IMG/VR virus record: IMGVR_UViG_3300028797_000106
DNA: 22,076 nt
From: a virus
Lineage: Duplodnaviria > Heunggongvirae > Uroviricota > Caudoviricetes
Strand: one strand, 5' to 3'
Shown here: in pieces, positions 8,649-16,511 of the stretch
How positions within the stretch are numbered: position 1 is the stretch's first letter
Layout: each line of letters starts with the position of its first letter
Position numbers and translations under genes: made by a program
Notes under the pieces: model-generated
What the model was told of the DNA's origin: nothing
Database searches by the model: none
Seen by the model: the letters and a program-made list of their open reading frames with translations, nothing else

Positions 8649-9002
8649 ATGCTTGAGTCCAAAAAAGACATGGAAGAACATAAGTATGGTGCTGCCCATC
8701 GCAGAATGCGCGAAGCAAAGAAGGGCATGTTAATGACAAAAGAAGAAGCACGAAGCGAATCTTCTGAAGAATGGCAGGCCAGGGTTGATAAGGTTTGGGA
8801 AGACTTTGGTTTGGACGATAAAGTGGAACATTGTAAGTACTTGCGACATAATGGTTATTCAAATCACGGAAGATGTAATAAGAAGAATGACCAAAATCGC
8901 CGAGTTCCTGGTTTCCGCAAAATGAAGCAGAACAAATTTGAAAAAGACCGAAAGAAAATGGAATACAGCGAATCCCGTAAGGAGGAAACTGAAAATGGCT
9001 AA
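8649..9002 (+). CDS. Hypothetical charged protein (117 aa)
   Basis: TAAGGA SD 8 nt before ATG 8649. Tight packing with neighbours. Confidence 0.7.
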   Translation: MLESKKDMEEHKYGAAHRRMREAKKGMLMTKEEARSESSEEWQARVDKVWEDFGLDDKVEHCKYLRHNGYSNHGRCNKKNDQNRRVPGFRKMKQNKFEKDRKKMEYSESRKEETENG

Positions 9003-9267
9003 GAAGAAACCTGAAACTAGGCTCGTCGGAATTGTTGAAATCAGAACGGACAAACTTACAAGTCGTGTTGCATCTTGGGATGAAGCTGTGGACACACTTA
9101 ATCGCCTGACTTACCCGAATGATTACAAAATTGTAAGTCTTGCCGCTGAACCCAAGTACCTGTTCAAACATATTGATGAACATCTTGATCTTACGGCAAA
9201 GGCAATTTTGAAATCTTTAACCCCGGAACTTTTGACAAAGTATTTGGAACACCTTACGAGGAAATAA
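8995..9267 (+). CDS. Hypothetical protein (90 aa)
   Basis: AAGGAGG SD before ATG 8995 (MAKKKPETR...). Overlaps the upstream stop by 8 nt. Confidence 0.75.
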   Translation: MAKKKPETRLVGIVEIRTDKLTSRVASWDEAVDTLNRLTYPNDYKIVSLAAEPKYLFKHIDEHLDLTAKAILKSLTPELLTKYLEHLTRK

Positions 9268-9662
9268 TGGGGAAATCATTTTATCAAACATACAAGGACA
9301 TCTTTCAAGCTAAGAAGCCTGTCCACGACAACTTTGTGTTCTCTTACATAGGTAAGAAGGGGTACCGCAACTGGGTCGCTGATCCCGCCCACTGGGCAAC
9401 ACACGGTTTGCAGAAAGATTGCTTTGAGGTTGACCAGTACATTGACTTGAATGAACATCCGTTTGTCCCGTGTAAAGCTCGGGAGGTCATTGAAGGCGTT
9501 GAACCTTGCACCGAATATATCGTCATGCTTAAAGCCGGCGATATGACCCTTGCATCTGTCCGTCAAACTTCCGCACAAGACGGTTACTTTTGCGACCCTG
9601 CCGTTGTCGCATACATTCCTGTCACATTCTCTTTCCCAAAGGAACAAACATGGCAAATGTAA
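9267..9662 (+). CDS. Hypothetical protein (131 aa); C-terminal half weakly DUF551-like
   Basis: TAATG coupling and a GAGG SD. The DUF551 resemblance (...EYIVML...VVAYIPV) is weak. Confidence 0.7.
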   Translation: MGKSFYQTYKDIFQAKKPVHDNFVFSYIGKKGYRNWVADPAHWATHGLQKDCFEVDQYIDLNEHPFVPCKAREVIEGVEPCTEYIVMLKAGDMTLASVRQTSAQDGYFCDPAVVAYIPVTFSFPKEQTWQM

Positions 9663-9814
9663 CCCTCATTTTTCACTGCTGCTTCTGCGGTCTCCCGTTT
9701 CCGGAGAAGGAAGCAAACAATGCGGCACCCGTTGTTGAAAACGGTCAGTGCTGCCCCGACTGTAACATCAAGCGCGTCATTCCGGCTCGCTTAAAACTTC
9801 TCAAAGGAGAGTAA
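9650..9814 (+). CDS. Small Cys-rich putative zinc-binding protein (54 aa)
   Basis: AAGGA SD before ATG 9650. CCFCG...NNAAP...GQCCPDCN..RVIPAR follows the CxxCG-NN-P-CCxxCN-VIPxR pattern seen in small phage proteins. Confidence 0.75.
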   Translation: MANVTLIFHCCFCGLPFPEKEANNAAPVVENGQCCPDCNIKRVIPARLKLLKGE

Positions 9815-9815
9815 C

Positions 9816-10088
9816 ATGCTCACATCTATCATCAACTTCATCGCTTGCTTGACGGTTCTCATTCCGTCCGTCATCAACATCGTCCGCTCGGTAAGGAAGA
9901 AAGAGGTCATTCCTGTATGCTACCTCATCGCCGCTATCGGGTCCTTCGCCTTGATTTTTATTGACATCTTCCTTTACGGATGGGTCTTTATGGCAGGGAT
10001 GTGGATTTTCCTGACGGTGATGAACATCGCTGCTTTTATCAAGTGGAAACAGCTTCAGGGTGGCTCTGCAGGAAAGATTGAATTTTAA
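9816..10088 (+). CDS. Small membrane protein with about 3 TM helices (90 aa), possibly SemiSWEET/PQ-loop-like
   Basis: AAGGAG SD. Three hydrophobic stretches, with Pro and a basic RKK patch after TM1. The family call is tentative. Confidence 0.65.
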   Translation: MLTSIINFIACLTVLIPSVINIVRSVRKKEVIPVCYLIAAIGSFALIFIDIFLYGWVFMAGMWIFLTVMNIAAFIKWKQLQGGSAGKIEF

Positions 10089-10092
10089 TCCC

Positions 10093-10121
10093 TTGCCAAA
10101 CCCAACAAATTAAATTATATT
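10093..10121 (+). promoter_or_regulatory. Sigma70-like early promoter P2 (DNA ligase)
   Basis: TTGCCA (10093-10098), 17 nt, TATATT (10116-10121). Confidence 0.8.
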
Positions 10122-10142
10122 TTGTCAAAAAGGAAAAGCAAA

Positions 10143-11453
10143 ATGAAAATTCACGAACTCTTCGCTCAAATTACAAAAACTTCTGGCACCGCTGACAAGG
10201 CAGCTTTGCTTGCTGCAAACATGTCCGATGTTATCAAAAATATCTTCAACGATACTTACGATAATTCCCGCAAGTACTTCGTGAAAAAGTTCAACATGCC
10301 GACCTCTTTTGGCAAGCGAACTCTTGAAACTGAATATGACCGCTTTCACAAGCTTCTTGAATGTCTCGCCGAAAGACAGGTCACTGGCAACAATGCGATA
10401 GAACTTGTTGAACAGATGCTCGCCACTTACACGAAAGAAGACGCGGAAGTTTTGGCTCGCATCCTTGACCGTAATTTGAAAATCGGTCTTTCCCGAGACA
10501 CCTTCGCCAAACTTGCTGGCGCTGAAGCTCCTAAGAAATTTGAAGTGACCCTCGCGGTCAACCTTGACAATGCGAAAGGCGTGAACCCGCTTGACGGAAC
10601 TTTCTATGCCTCCCGCAAATGCGACGGCACTCGCTGCATCGGTATGTGCCACAAAGAAAAAGGCAAGGTGACTATCAAGTTCCTCTCCCGCGGAAACAAA
10701 GAATTCACAACGCTTGACAATGTTAAGCCGGCTCTTGAATGGTATCTCCGCGACATGGCTGACGGTGATTATGTTACCGACGGCGAACTTTGTAAGGTTG
10801 ACGCCAACGGCGATGAAGACTTCCAAGCCATCATGAAAGAAATCAAGCGCAAAGATCACACCATCGCTGATCCTTGCTATCAGATGTTTGACTTCTGCAC
10901 ACTTGACGAATTCAACGGCGTCAAGAAGAGCGGAAATTTCACTGCCCGCTACACGCAGATGCAGAAGATGATGAAGGGAAACAAGTTCAAGGAAATCAAA
11001 CTTCTGAAACAAGAACTTATCAAGTCGCAGGAAGACTTTGACCGTTGGTCCAAGTATGTGGAAGACGGCAACTGGGAAGGCTTCATGCTCCGCAAGGACA
11101 TTCCGTTTGAAACCGGCCGTTCCAAGAACCTGCTGAAGGTCAAGAAATTTGATGACGCTGAATTTGTTGTCAAGCGTGTTGAAATTGCGGAAATGACAAC
11201 CGCTGAACCGGGCCTCGGAAATGTCAAGTACACAGGCGTGAAGGCTCTTATCGTTGACTTCAAGGGCAACGAGGTGCATGTGGGCTCCGGATTGACAAAG
11301 GAACAGCGCATCGCTTGGTATGAAGATCCCAAGAAGATCATCGGAAAGACAATTACAGTCAAGTACTTTGAAGAAACCAAAAATCAGAACGGAACTTACT
11401 CTCTCCGCTTCCCGATTTTGAAATATGTTTATGAAGGCAAGCGAGATTGCTAA
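10143..11453 (+). CDS. lig: ATP-dependent DNA ligase (T4 gp30-like, 436 aa)
   Basis: Motif I SRKCDGTR (KxDG), III TDGEL, IIIa YQMFD, IV WEGFMLR, V LLKVK, OB-fold VGSGLT, VI SLRFP. It has an N-terminal helical DNA-binding domain. AAGGA SD supports ATG 10143, not TTG 10122. Confidence 0.96.
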   Translation: MKIHELFAQITKTSGTADKAALLAANMSDVIKNIFNDTYDNSRKYFVKKFNMPTSFGKRTLETEYDRFHKLLECLAERQVTGNNAIELVEQMLATYTKEDAEVLARILDRNLKIGLSRDTFAKLAGAEAPKKFEVTLAVNLDNAKGVNPLDGTFYASRKCDGTRCIGMCHKEKGKVTIKFLSRGNKEFTTLDNVKPALEWYLRDMADGDYVTDGELCKVDANGDEDFQAIMKEIKRKDHTIADPCYQMFDFCTLDEFNGVKKSGNFTARYTQMQKMMKGNKFKEIKLLKQELIKSQEDFDRWSKYVEDGNWEGFMLRKDIPFETGRSKNLLKVKKFDDAEFVVKRVEIAEMTTAEPGLGNVKYTGVKALIVDFKGNEVHVGSGLTKEQRIAWYEDPKKIIGKTITVKYFEETKNQNGTYSLRFPILKYVYEGKRDC

Positions 11454-11474
11454 TCAACTAAGGAGAAAAGAACT

Positions 11475-12650
11475 ATGCCGAGATTCGCAAAGAAAGGCTC
11501 AACCCGCCAAGACATCTTTAACATCATTCGCGCCGATCTTGAAAAAGCGGGCGAAGCGGAAGGTCTGTTTGATGAAGACATCTTCACTATGAAAGACACT
11601 TCCCGTGCCAAATCCATCCGCGGCGACATTGTGCGTGAGTGGCTCTCAAATTGTGTTGCTTACAGCGACATGAATAAGACCTTGCAGAAGGATCTTGCTA
11701 AGGTTTCTTTTGACTGGGAAAACGCCGAAGAAGCGTGGAGCGAGGAACTCCTTGACCATCTTCCTGACGGAACCGCACTCTTGTGGTGTTATGCCGGCGG
11801 CGACTGGGAAATTCCCGTTCACTTTGTCATCTACATTGACCCGTCCAACAAGCTCCGTGCTTACATTCCTTCCGAAGGTAATACATATTGCCATCACTGC
11901 AAGACCGCTTGGGGTTCTTGTGAATGCGAAAAGGGTGAAGAAGAAGAAAACGCTTGGCAGGAAGCACACGGCGATGAAGAACGCCTGCCTGACTTCCCGA
12001 AGGTTTATGCAGACGCCTGCGAACGTATTCAGATAAAGGGCGAAGAAGGTGCTAAGAAGCCTGCTACCCTGAAGAAGGTTTATTCTCTCGTTCATTCCGC
12101 CCGCAGAATTTATCAGTTCAAGCAGCATGACACCGTTGCGGAAGCAGAAGATGATGTAAAGCGCAAACTTCTATCCATGACTGAAGACGGCGACCCTGAA
12201 TACATTGAGAAAGGCAACCGTAACGGATATCTGCCCGATAATGTTATCGCTTGTTGGCGCACGATGTCTGCCGATCTTGACGAAGACAATGATCCTTTCT
12301 GGGTTGATGAAGGTTGTTCCGAACTTTACGGCATTGTTTTTGAAACTGATAAGCAGTTCATCAAGGTTGGATTTGGCATGGGCGGTGGTGACTCTGACGC
12401 CGCTGATGTTGAATTCTTTGACGATTATGCCAAGGCATGCAAGAAGATGCGTAAGGAATATGATGAGTCCCTCAAGGAAATGGAAGATCTCATTAAAGAA
12501 GATGATGACGATGAATTCGGTTCTAGGTGGGATCTTAAGCATGGCGAAGAAGACAACTGCTGCATGATGTCATGCGATGACGGATGTGGTGGCGTCACTG
12601 AAGTTGTCGCTGTTTTGGATGTCACAAAGATTGACGAATACGGAGCATAA
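11475..12650 (+). CDS. Acidic hypothetical protein (391 aa) with a GGDWE motif and a Cys cluster
   Basis: AAGGAG SD. Contains FDWEN...AGGDWEIPVHFVIY...LRAYIPSEGN, then CHHC-x5-CEC. The C-terminal half is very D/E-rich. Confidence 0.8.
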   Translation: MPRFAKKGSTRQDIFNIIRADLEKAGEAEGLFDEDIFTMKDTSRAKSIRGDIVREWLSNCVAYSDMNKTLQKDLAKVSFDWENAEEAWSEELLDHLPDGTALLWCYAGGDWEIPVHFVIYIDPSNKLRAYIPSEGNTYCHHCKTAWGSCECEKGEEEENAWQEAHGDEERLPDFPKVYADACERIQIKGEEGAKKPATLKKVYSLVHSARRIYQFKQHDTVAEAEDDVKRKLLSMTEDGDPEYIEKGNRNGYLPDNVIACWRTMSADLDEDNDPFWVDEGCSELYGIVFETDKQFIKVGFGMGGGDSDAADVEFFDDYAKACKKMRKEYDESLKEMEDLIKEDDDDEFGSRWDLKHGEEDNCCMMSCDDGCGGVTEVVAVLDVTKIDEYGA

Positions 12651-12651
12651 T

Positions 12652-12861
12652 ATGAAATACGGAAAACATCTCGCAAGAGCCGAAAAAGGCGATGTAATCA
12701 AAATTCTCGGGTTTGCTGGCATCATGTATGAAAGCGAAAGGAAACTCATCGGAAAAACAGGCACTGTGGAAAGAGTGAATGATGACGGATCTTTGAGTGG
12801 GACATGGGGTGGACTTTCCATTCTCCCGGAAGACAATTATGAAGTGATTGGACATTGCTAA
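12652..12861 (+). CDS. Small SH3-like protein, DUF4314-like (69 aa)
   Basis: GGAG SD before ATG 12652. GKTGTVERVNDDGSLSGTWGGLSILPEDNYEVI resembles the DUF4314 G-T-V-x-x-V-D-D-x-G...W pattern. Confidence 0.6.
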   Translation: MKYGKHLARAEKGDVIKILGFAGIMYESERKLIGKTGTVERVNDDGSLSGTWGGLSILPEDNYEVIGHC

Positions 12862-12863
12862 AG

Positions 12864-12881
12864 AAGGTCTTCGGACTTTTT
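12864..12881 (+). terminator. Rho-independent terminator with a cUUCGg tetraloop
   Basis: AAGGTC-TTCG-GACTTT followed by TT, immediately after the 12861 stop. UUCG loops are typical of T4-type terminators. Confidence 0.75.
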
Positions 12882-12905
12882 ATCGTTTATTTGGTTGACA
12901 ATGGA

Positions 12906-12934
12906 TTGCCAAATAAGCGATAATTTTTTATATT
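12906..12934 (+). promoter_or_regulatory. Sigma70-like early promoter P3
   Basis: TTGCCA (12906-12911), 17 nt, TATATT (12929-12934). GTAAACAAAA at 12941. A possible overlapping TTGACA (12895)-N18-GATAAT lies just upstream. Confidence 0.8.
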
Positions 12935-12974
12935 TTTGTTGTAAACAAAAGGGAAACTAAAACAAGGAAACAAC

Positions 12975-13178
12975 ATGGCAAATTTGAACATCAACCGCAA
13001 GCGTGCCGTTCACGCCGCAAACAAACACGTCACTGAACTTAAGCAGCACAACCATGTGCCTAAGGATGTGGAAGAAGGTTTTCAGGCGTTCTTTATGCTT
13101 GAAAATATGATTAAGCAGGCTTGTGAACAAGATCCCGCTTTGGAAGCAGAATTTGGCATGGCAAACGACCCGGAATAA
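12975..13178 (+). CDS. Hypothetical protein (67 aa)
   Basis: AAGGA SD within the AACAAGGAAACAAC leader. First gene after P3. Confidence 0.75.
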   Translation: MANLNINRKRAVHAANKHVTELKQHNHVPKDVEEGFQAFFMLENMIKQACEQDPALEAEFGMANDPE

Positions 13179-13193
13179 TTGGAGGTGAACACT

Positions 13194-13994
13194 ATGGCAT
13201 TTAAGAACTTTGAAGGCTCTGAATTTCTCGGAACCCACAACCTTTCGCTTAACACCTTCATCGGAATGAACCCCGTCAAGATTGATAAGATCTGCGGATT
13301 TTCAAAAATCATCCTCTTGAACACCGAAGGTACTTCGGAACTTGGCCCGATCTTTGATGAGAACGGAATTGACAAGGACATGCTTGACGTTTTCGGAACC
13401 AATGTGATTGTTGGTCTTGATACGGAAGATGACGGCAAGGTTTTGGCTCTTAACATGGAAACCACCATTGATGAACCGACAGAAGCAGATGATGAATTCT
13501 TCAAGATTTTGGTTCAGCGCAACGCCCCGCAAGATTGGTTCCAAACTATGATGGGCAACATTGCCCAACAGCGTGCCGAATGCCAGGACTATGAATTTAA
13601 GGGACATGAAAAGTTTAACATCAACATGACCTGTGCGGATGTTTTCGCCCTCTGCCAGCGCCTCGGAATTACAACCGTCAAGGCAGTGACCGCGGAACCC
13701 GACCATCACGATGATGCAGATGTTACGGATTGCTTGTCCGAAGCGATTGAATACTATGTATGGCGTGATGAGGACTTTGACGAACAGAAGTACATGGCTT
13801 CTGGCGCCATTGCCAATCAGGTTGAATACCGTTGTGAAACTGAAGATGACGGAAACGGCTTCACTAAGTGGGGACTTGCCATCACTTATGACGCAGAAAC
13901 CAGCTACATCATCGCCATCACCATTCAGAACGGCGAAGAAGAAGACGCCGCCCCGGCAACCTCTGATATGATGGGAAAACTCTTTGGCAAATAA
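13194..13994 (+). CDS. Acidic hypothetical protein (266 aa)
   Basis: GGAGG SD supports ATG 13194. Long ORF with biased codon use; no family recognised. Confidence 0.8.
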   Translation: MAFKNFEGSEFLGTHNLSLNTFIGMNPVKIDKICGFSKIILLNTEGTSELGPIFDENGIDKDMLDVFGTNVIVGLDTEDDGKVLALNMETTIDEPTEADDEFFKILVQRNAPQDWFQTMMGNIAQQRAECQDYEFKGHEKFNINMTCADVFALCQRLGITTVKAVTAEPDHHDDADVTDCLSEAIEYYVWRDEDFDEQKYMASGAIANQVEYRCETEDDGNGFTKWGLAITYDAETSYIIAITIQNGEEEDAAPATSDMMGKLFGK

Positions 13995-14019
13995 GCGGAA
14001 AGATAATTCAATTTACCAA

Positions 14020-14048
14020 TTGCCAAAACCCACCGAATTTATTAAATT
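14020..14048 (+). promoter_or_regulatory. Sigma70-like early promoter P4
   Basis: TTGCCA (14020-14025), 17 nt, TAAATT (14043-14048), then an A-rich leader with AAGGA. Confidence 0.75.
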
Positions 14049-14080
14049 TGTAAAACAAACAAAAACAAAGGAACATAACT

Positions 14081-14791
14081 ATGTTTGATAAGCTCTTTGG
14101 AAAGAATTCCGAAAACGAACAGCCGAAGGAAGAATCCTTCAACCTCTCTTACCTTTCTGCCCGCATCAAGAAGGTTGATGCTGCTCCTGAAGAAGACGAA
14201 CCTAAGTCTAAGGTTTCGGAATCCATCAAGGAAAAGCTCGCCGGTATGCCGCTGGGCAAGGAAATTGAAGATGCGATTGAGGAAGCAACCGCCTCTTGCG
14301 ACAACCGCGACGAATCCGTTAAGGAAACTGCTCGCAAGACTTTCAACATTGGCCGAAAGATGATGATGTCGCATCTCAAGCGTGCCGAAGACAAGGTGCC
14401 GGAAAAGATCAAGCAGCGCTACATTGCCTGTGTGAACAAGCAGTATGACACGCTGATTGAAAACTATGACATCTTCGGAACACCGGGCGGATTGATCTTC
14501 GGTAAGTGCGTGATGGACCATGAACAGCACACGCAGCAGGCCGCTGCAGCTGCATTCTCCTTGATTGCCAAGGACGCTCCGATTGCTGACAAGCTTTTGG
14601 AAATGTTCGTGGACAAGATGGAATCCAACACGAACGATATGATTAACGCCTTGAAGAAGACTCGTGAACTGAACAAGAACTTGAAGAACGCTGACCTCAG
14701 CGAACTTCTTGGCGGTCACGATAAGGATGAAGATGACTTCGGACCTTCCGATGATCTTCGCAAACTTCTTGGTGACGAGGACGAAGACTAA
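14081..14791 (+). CDS. Hypothetical, probably helical protein (236 aa) with an acidic tail
   Basis: AAGGA SD, first gene after P4, strong codon bias. Confidence 0.8.
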   Translation: MFDKLFGKNSENEQPKEESFNLSYLSARIKKVDAAPEEDEPKSKVSESIKEKLAGMPLGKEIEDAIEEATASCDNRDESVKETARKTFNIGRKMMMSHLKRAEDKVPEKIKQRYIACVNKQYDTLIENYDIFGTPGGLIFGKCVMDHEQHTQQAAAAAFSLIAKDAPIADKLLEMFVDKMESNTNDMINALKKTRELNKNLKNADLSELLGGHDKDEDDFGPSDDLRKLLGDEDED

Positions 14792-14973
14792 TGCTCAAGG
14801 ATCTCGACAACCTCCTCCCTGATGATGAAGACACCCGTGCCGTCGTTCTTTTGATTGGCGGCATTGTGAGCCTCATTACCGTGGCAATTCTTGTCGGTAT
14901 CATTACATGCTCTGCGATGGAAACTGTCCAGTGCATTATGGAACCGCAAACTTGCCTTTGTAAAGACAAATAA
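14791..14973 (+). CDS. Small single-TM membrane protein (60 aa)
   Basis: TAATG coupling. Hydrophobic stretch AVVLLIGGIVSLITVAILVGII, with a Cys-rich C-terminus. Confidence 0.7.
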   Translation: MLKDLDNLLPDDEDTRAVVLLIGGIVSLITVAILVGIITCSAMETVQCIMEPQTCLCKDK

Positions 14974-15004
14974 CTAACCAACCAACCCAACCAAGGAATG
15001 CCTT

Positions 15005-15238
15005 ATGGCAGATAAGAAGAACTCTAACAACGAAGAATACATGACCAAGGTCTCGCTTGGTGATGAAGTCAAATTTGCCGATCTGGCAAATGTCTTTCAA
15101 GAACTTGTTCGCATGGGCTTTGACGGCGACTTAACTCTTACTGCCGACATCAGCATGTTCCAGTTCGTTAAGGACATGTATCGCTTACACGACCAGTTCT
15201 TCATCAAGCACGCCCAAGACTTAATGAATGCGGAGTAA
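15005..15238 (+). CDS. Hypothetical protein (77 aa)
   Basis: AAGGA SD after an A/C-rich leader. Confidence 0.75.
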   Translation: MADKKNSNNEEYMTKVSLGDEVKFADLANVFQELVRMGFDGDLTLTADISMFQFVKDMYRLHDQFFIKHAQDLMNAE

Positions 15239-15240
15239 GT

Positions 15241-15828
15241 ATGTCAACAATTCATTATGATACCGTTGCGGCAGAAATTGAGGATCTTAACCGTCGCTTC
15301 GCAGTAGTCACTGAACTTAAGCACAAGCTGAATGAAGCACTTAAGTCGGTGGCTGACCGTGCTGCGTATGACAACACAAGAACCCGAAATTTCAACATCG
15401 GTATTTACTTCAATGCGAAGATTACATCCCGCACAGTGTCTATCTCTATTGATGAAAACGCTTCATCCTTTAAGGTAGGTGAGGATACTTACATCAAACG
15501 TCAGATTGACATTGACTTTCATTACACAAAGTCTTTGAAGTATTTCAACATCACTGACTTGGGTTTCCGAACACCGAGCATGCCGTATTGGGCTAACTTT
15601 GTTGAACCGATTAAGCCGGCTCTTCCGGCGAAGTATCTCAACAAGATTAAGTTCAAGAACTTTGATGATGTCTTGCCCATCATTGTTGCTTTGTTTGAAC
15701 CCGAACTTAATGAAGACGGGTATAAGCAGGCTCAGATGAATATCATCAAGACCTTCAAGAAAACTTCGCTGCGAAAAGAAGCCTCTCTTAAGCGTGTGCT
15801 TGGCGGAAAAGATTCCGCCTTGTTGTAA
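15241..15828 (+). CDS. Hypothetical protein (195 aa)
   Basis: GGAG SD, starting 2 nt after the upstream stop. Confidence 0.78.
   Translation: MSTIHYDTVAAEIEDLNRRFAVVTELKHKLNEALKSVADRAAYDNTRTRNFNIGIYFNAKITSRTVSISIDENASSFKVGEDTYIKRQIDIDFHYTKSLKYFNITDLGFRTPSMPYWANFVEPIKPALPAKYLNKIKFKNFDDVLPIIVALFEPELNEDGYKQAQMNIIKTFKKTSLRKEASLKRVLGGKDSALL
15802..15826 (+). terminator. Possible terminator hairpin overlapping the end of the 15241-15828 gene
   Basis: GGCGGAA-AAGA-TTCCGCC, a perfect 7-bp stem, followed by TTGTTGT. It lies in coding sequence, so it could be incidental. Confidence 0.45.
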
Positions 15829-15865
15829 ATCTTTGTGAAATGTTTTTATATTTACATTATAAATA
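15823..15865 (+). promoter_or_regulatory. Promoter P5: TTGTAA-N18-TATATT with an adjacent TATAAATA (T4 late-promoter consensus)
   Basis: TTGTAA 15823-15828, TATATT 15847-15852, TATAAATA 15858-15865. Confidence 0.55.
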
Positions 15866-15895
15866 AATCACAATTCAACAAAGAAGAGGTATATC

Positions 15896-16189
15896 ATGGC
15901 AAGTGATTTTGATACAAGTCAGTTTGACGCAGAAAATTCCGATGAACTTCTAGCTAAGGGTGTTCGTCTCATTAAGTTCCGCACTGAAGGTCGTCTTGAA
16001 AAGGCACAGAAGGCGCAGAACCCGAACGCATTGCCCGACAAGAAGTTGATTAAGGAAGTTTCCCAGGACCCACAGGTTGCCGCAGTCATTGAAGGCATCA
16101 CAAAGTACTGGCAAGAAGAAGCTTTCAAGAAGGGCGTAGAAACTGCGTATGGAAATGTATTGAGTGATATTAAGGCGCTCAGCATTTAA
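15896..16189 (+). CDS. Hypothetical protein (97 aa), apparently monocistronic
   Basis: GAGG SD. It has its own upstream promoter and a downstream terminator. Confidence 0.8.
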   Translation: MASDFDTSQFDAENSDELLAKGVRLIKFRTEGRLEKAQKAQNPNALPDKKLIKEVSQDPQVAAVIEGITKYWQEEAFKKGVETAYGNVLSDIKALSI

Positions 16190-16227
16190 CATATCCACGC
16201 GTCTTTTCTGCAAAGACTGTAATAAAA

Positions 16228-16262
16228 CCACCCATTTTTCACAAATTGGGTGGCCTTTTTTT
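16228..16262 (+). terminator. Rho-independent terminator
   Basis: CCACCCA (16228-16234) pairs with TGGGTGG (16247-16253), then CC and a run of 7 T. A smaller hairpin GTCTTT-N5-AAAGAC sits at 16201-16217. Confidence 0.65.
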
Positions 16263-16280
16263 CTTAAAATAGGGAAAATC

Positions 16281-16511
16281 ATGGCTAATCAAAAATCGCA
16301 TCTTTCAACTGCTGCCCTCTATCAATGTATTGAGGCTAAGCACACAACCCACTTTCCAAAGATGAGCATCGGACAATTCTTTGCCGACTTTCAGGAATTT
16401 TTGGGCCGTGATATTCGTTATCTTTCAGATGATGCCATCCTAGATAAGATGGATAAATTCGTCTATACATTGAAATGTCATAACCGTTATAAGGAAACTA
16501 AACATGGCTAA
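16281..16511 (+). CDS. Hypothetical protein (76 aa)
   Basis: AGGGA SD before ATG 16281. The track start at 16164 would run through the terminator. Confidence 0.65.
   Translation: MANQKSHLSTAALYQCIEAKHTTHFPKMSIGQFFADFQEFLGRDIRYLSDDAILDKMDKFVYTLKCHNRYKETKHG

Noticed and set aside
10122-10142. ORF-track TTG start for DNA ligase
   Set aside because: It abuts the -10 box, upstream of the likely TSS. The AAGGA SD points to ATG 10143.
12931-14050. TAnnTTTG (Bacteroidota -7 box) matches at 12931 and 14043
   Set aside because: The match is absent from the other promoter copies and has no -33 TTTG. The TTGCCA-N17 geometry explains all the sites better.
14974-14996. (AACC)n low-complexity run before the 15005 gene
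   Set aside because: It is short and imperfect, best explained as an unstructured A/C-rich leader before the SD. It is not a repeat array or contingency locus.
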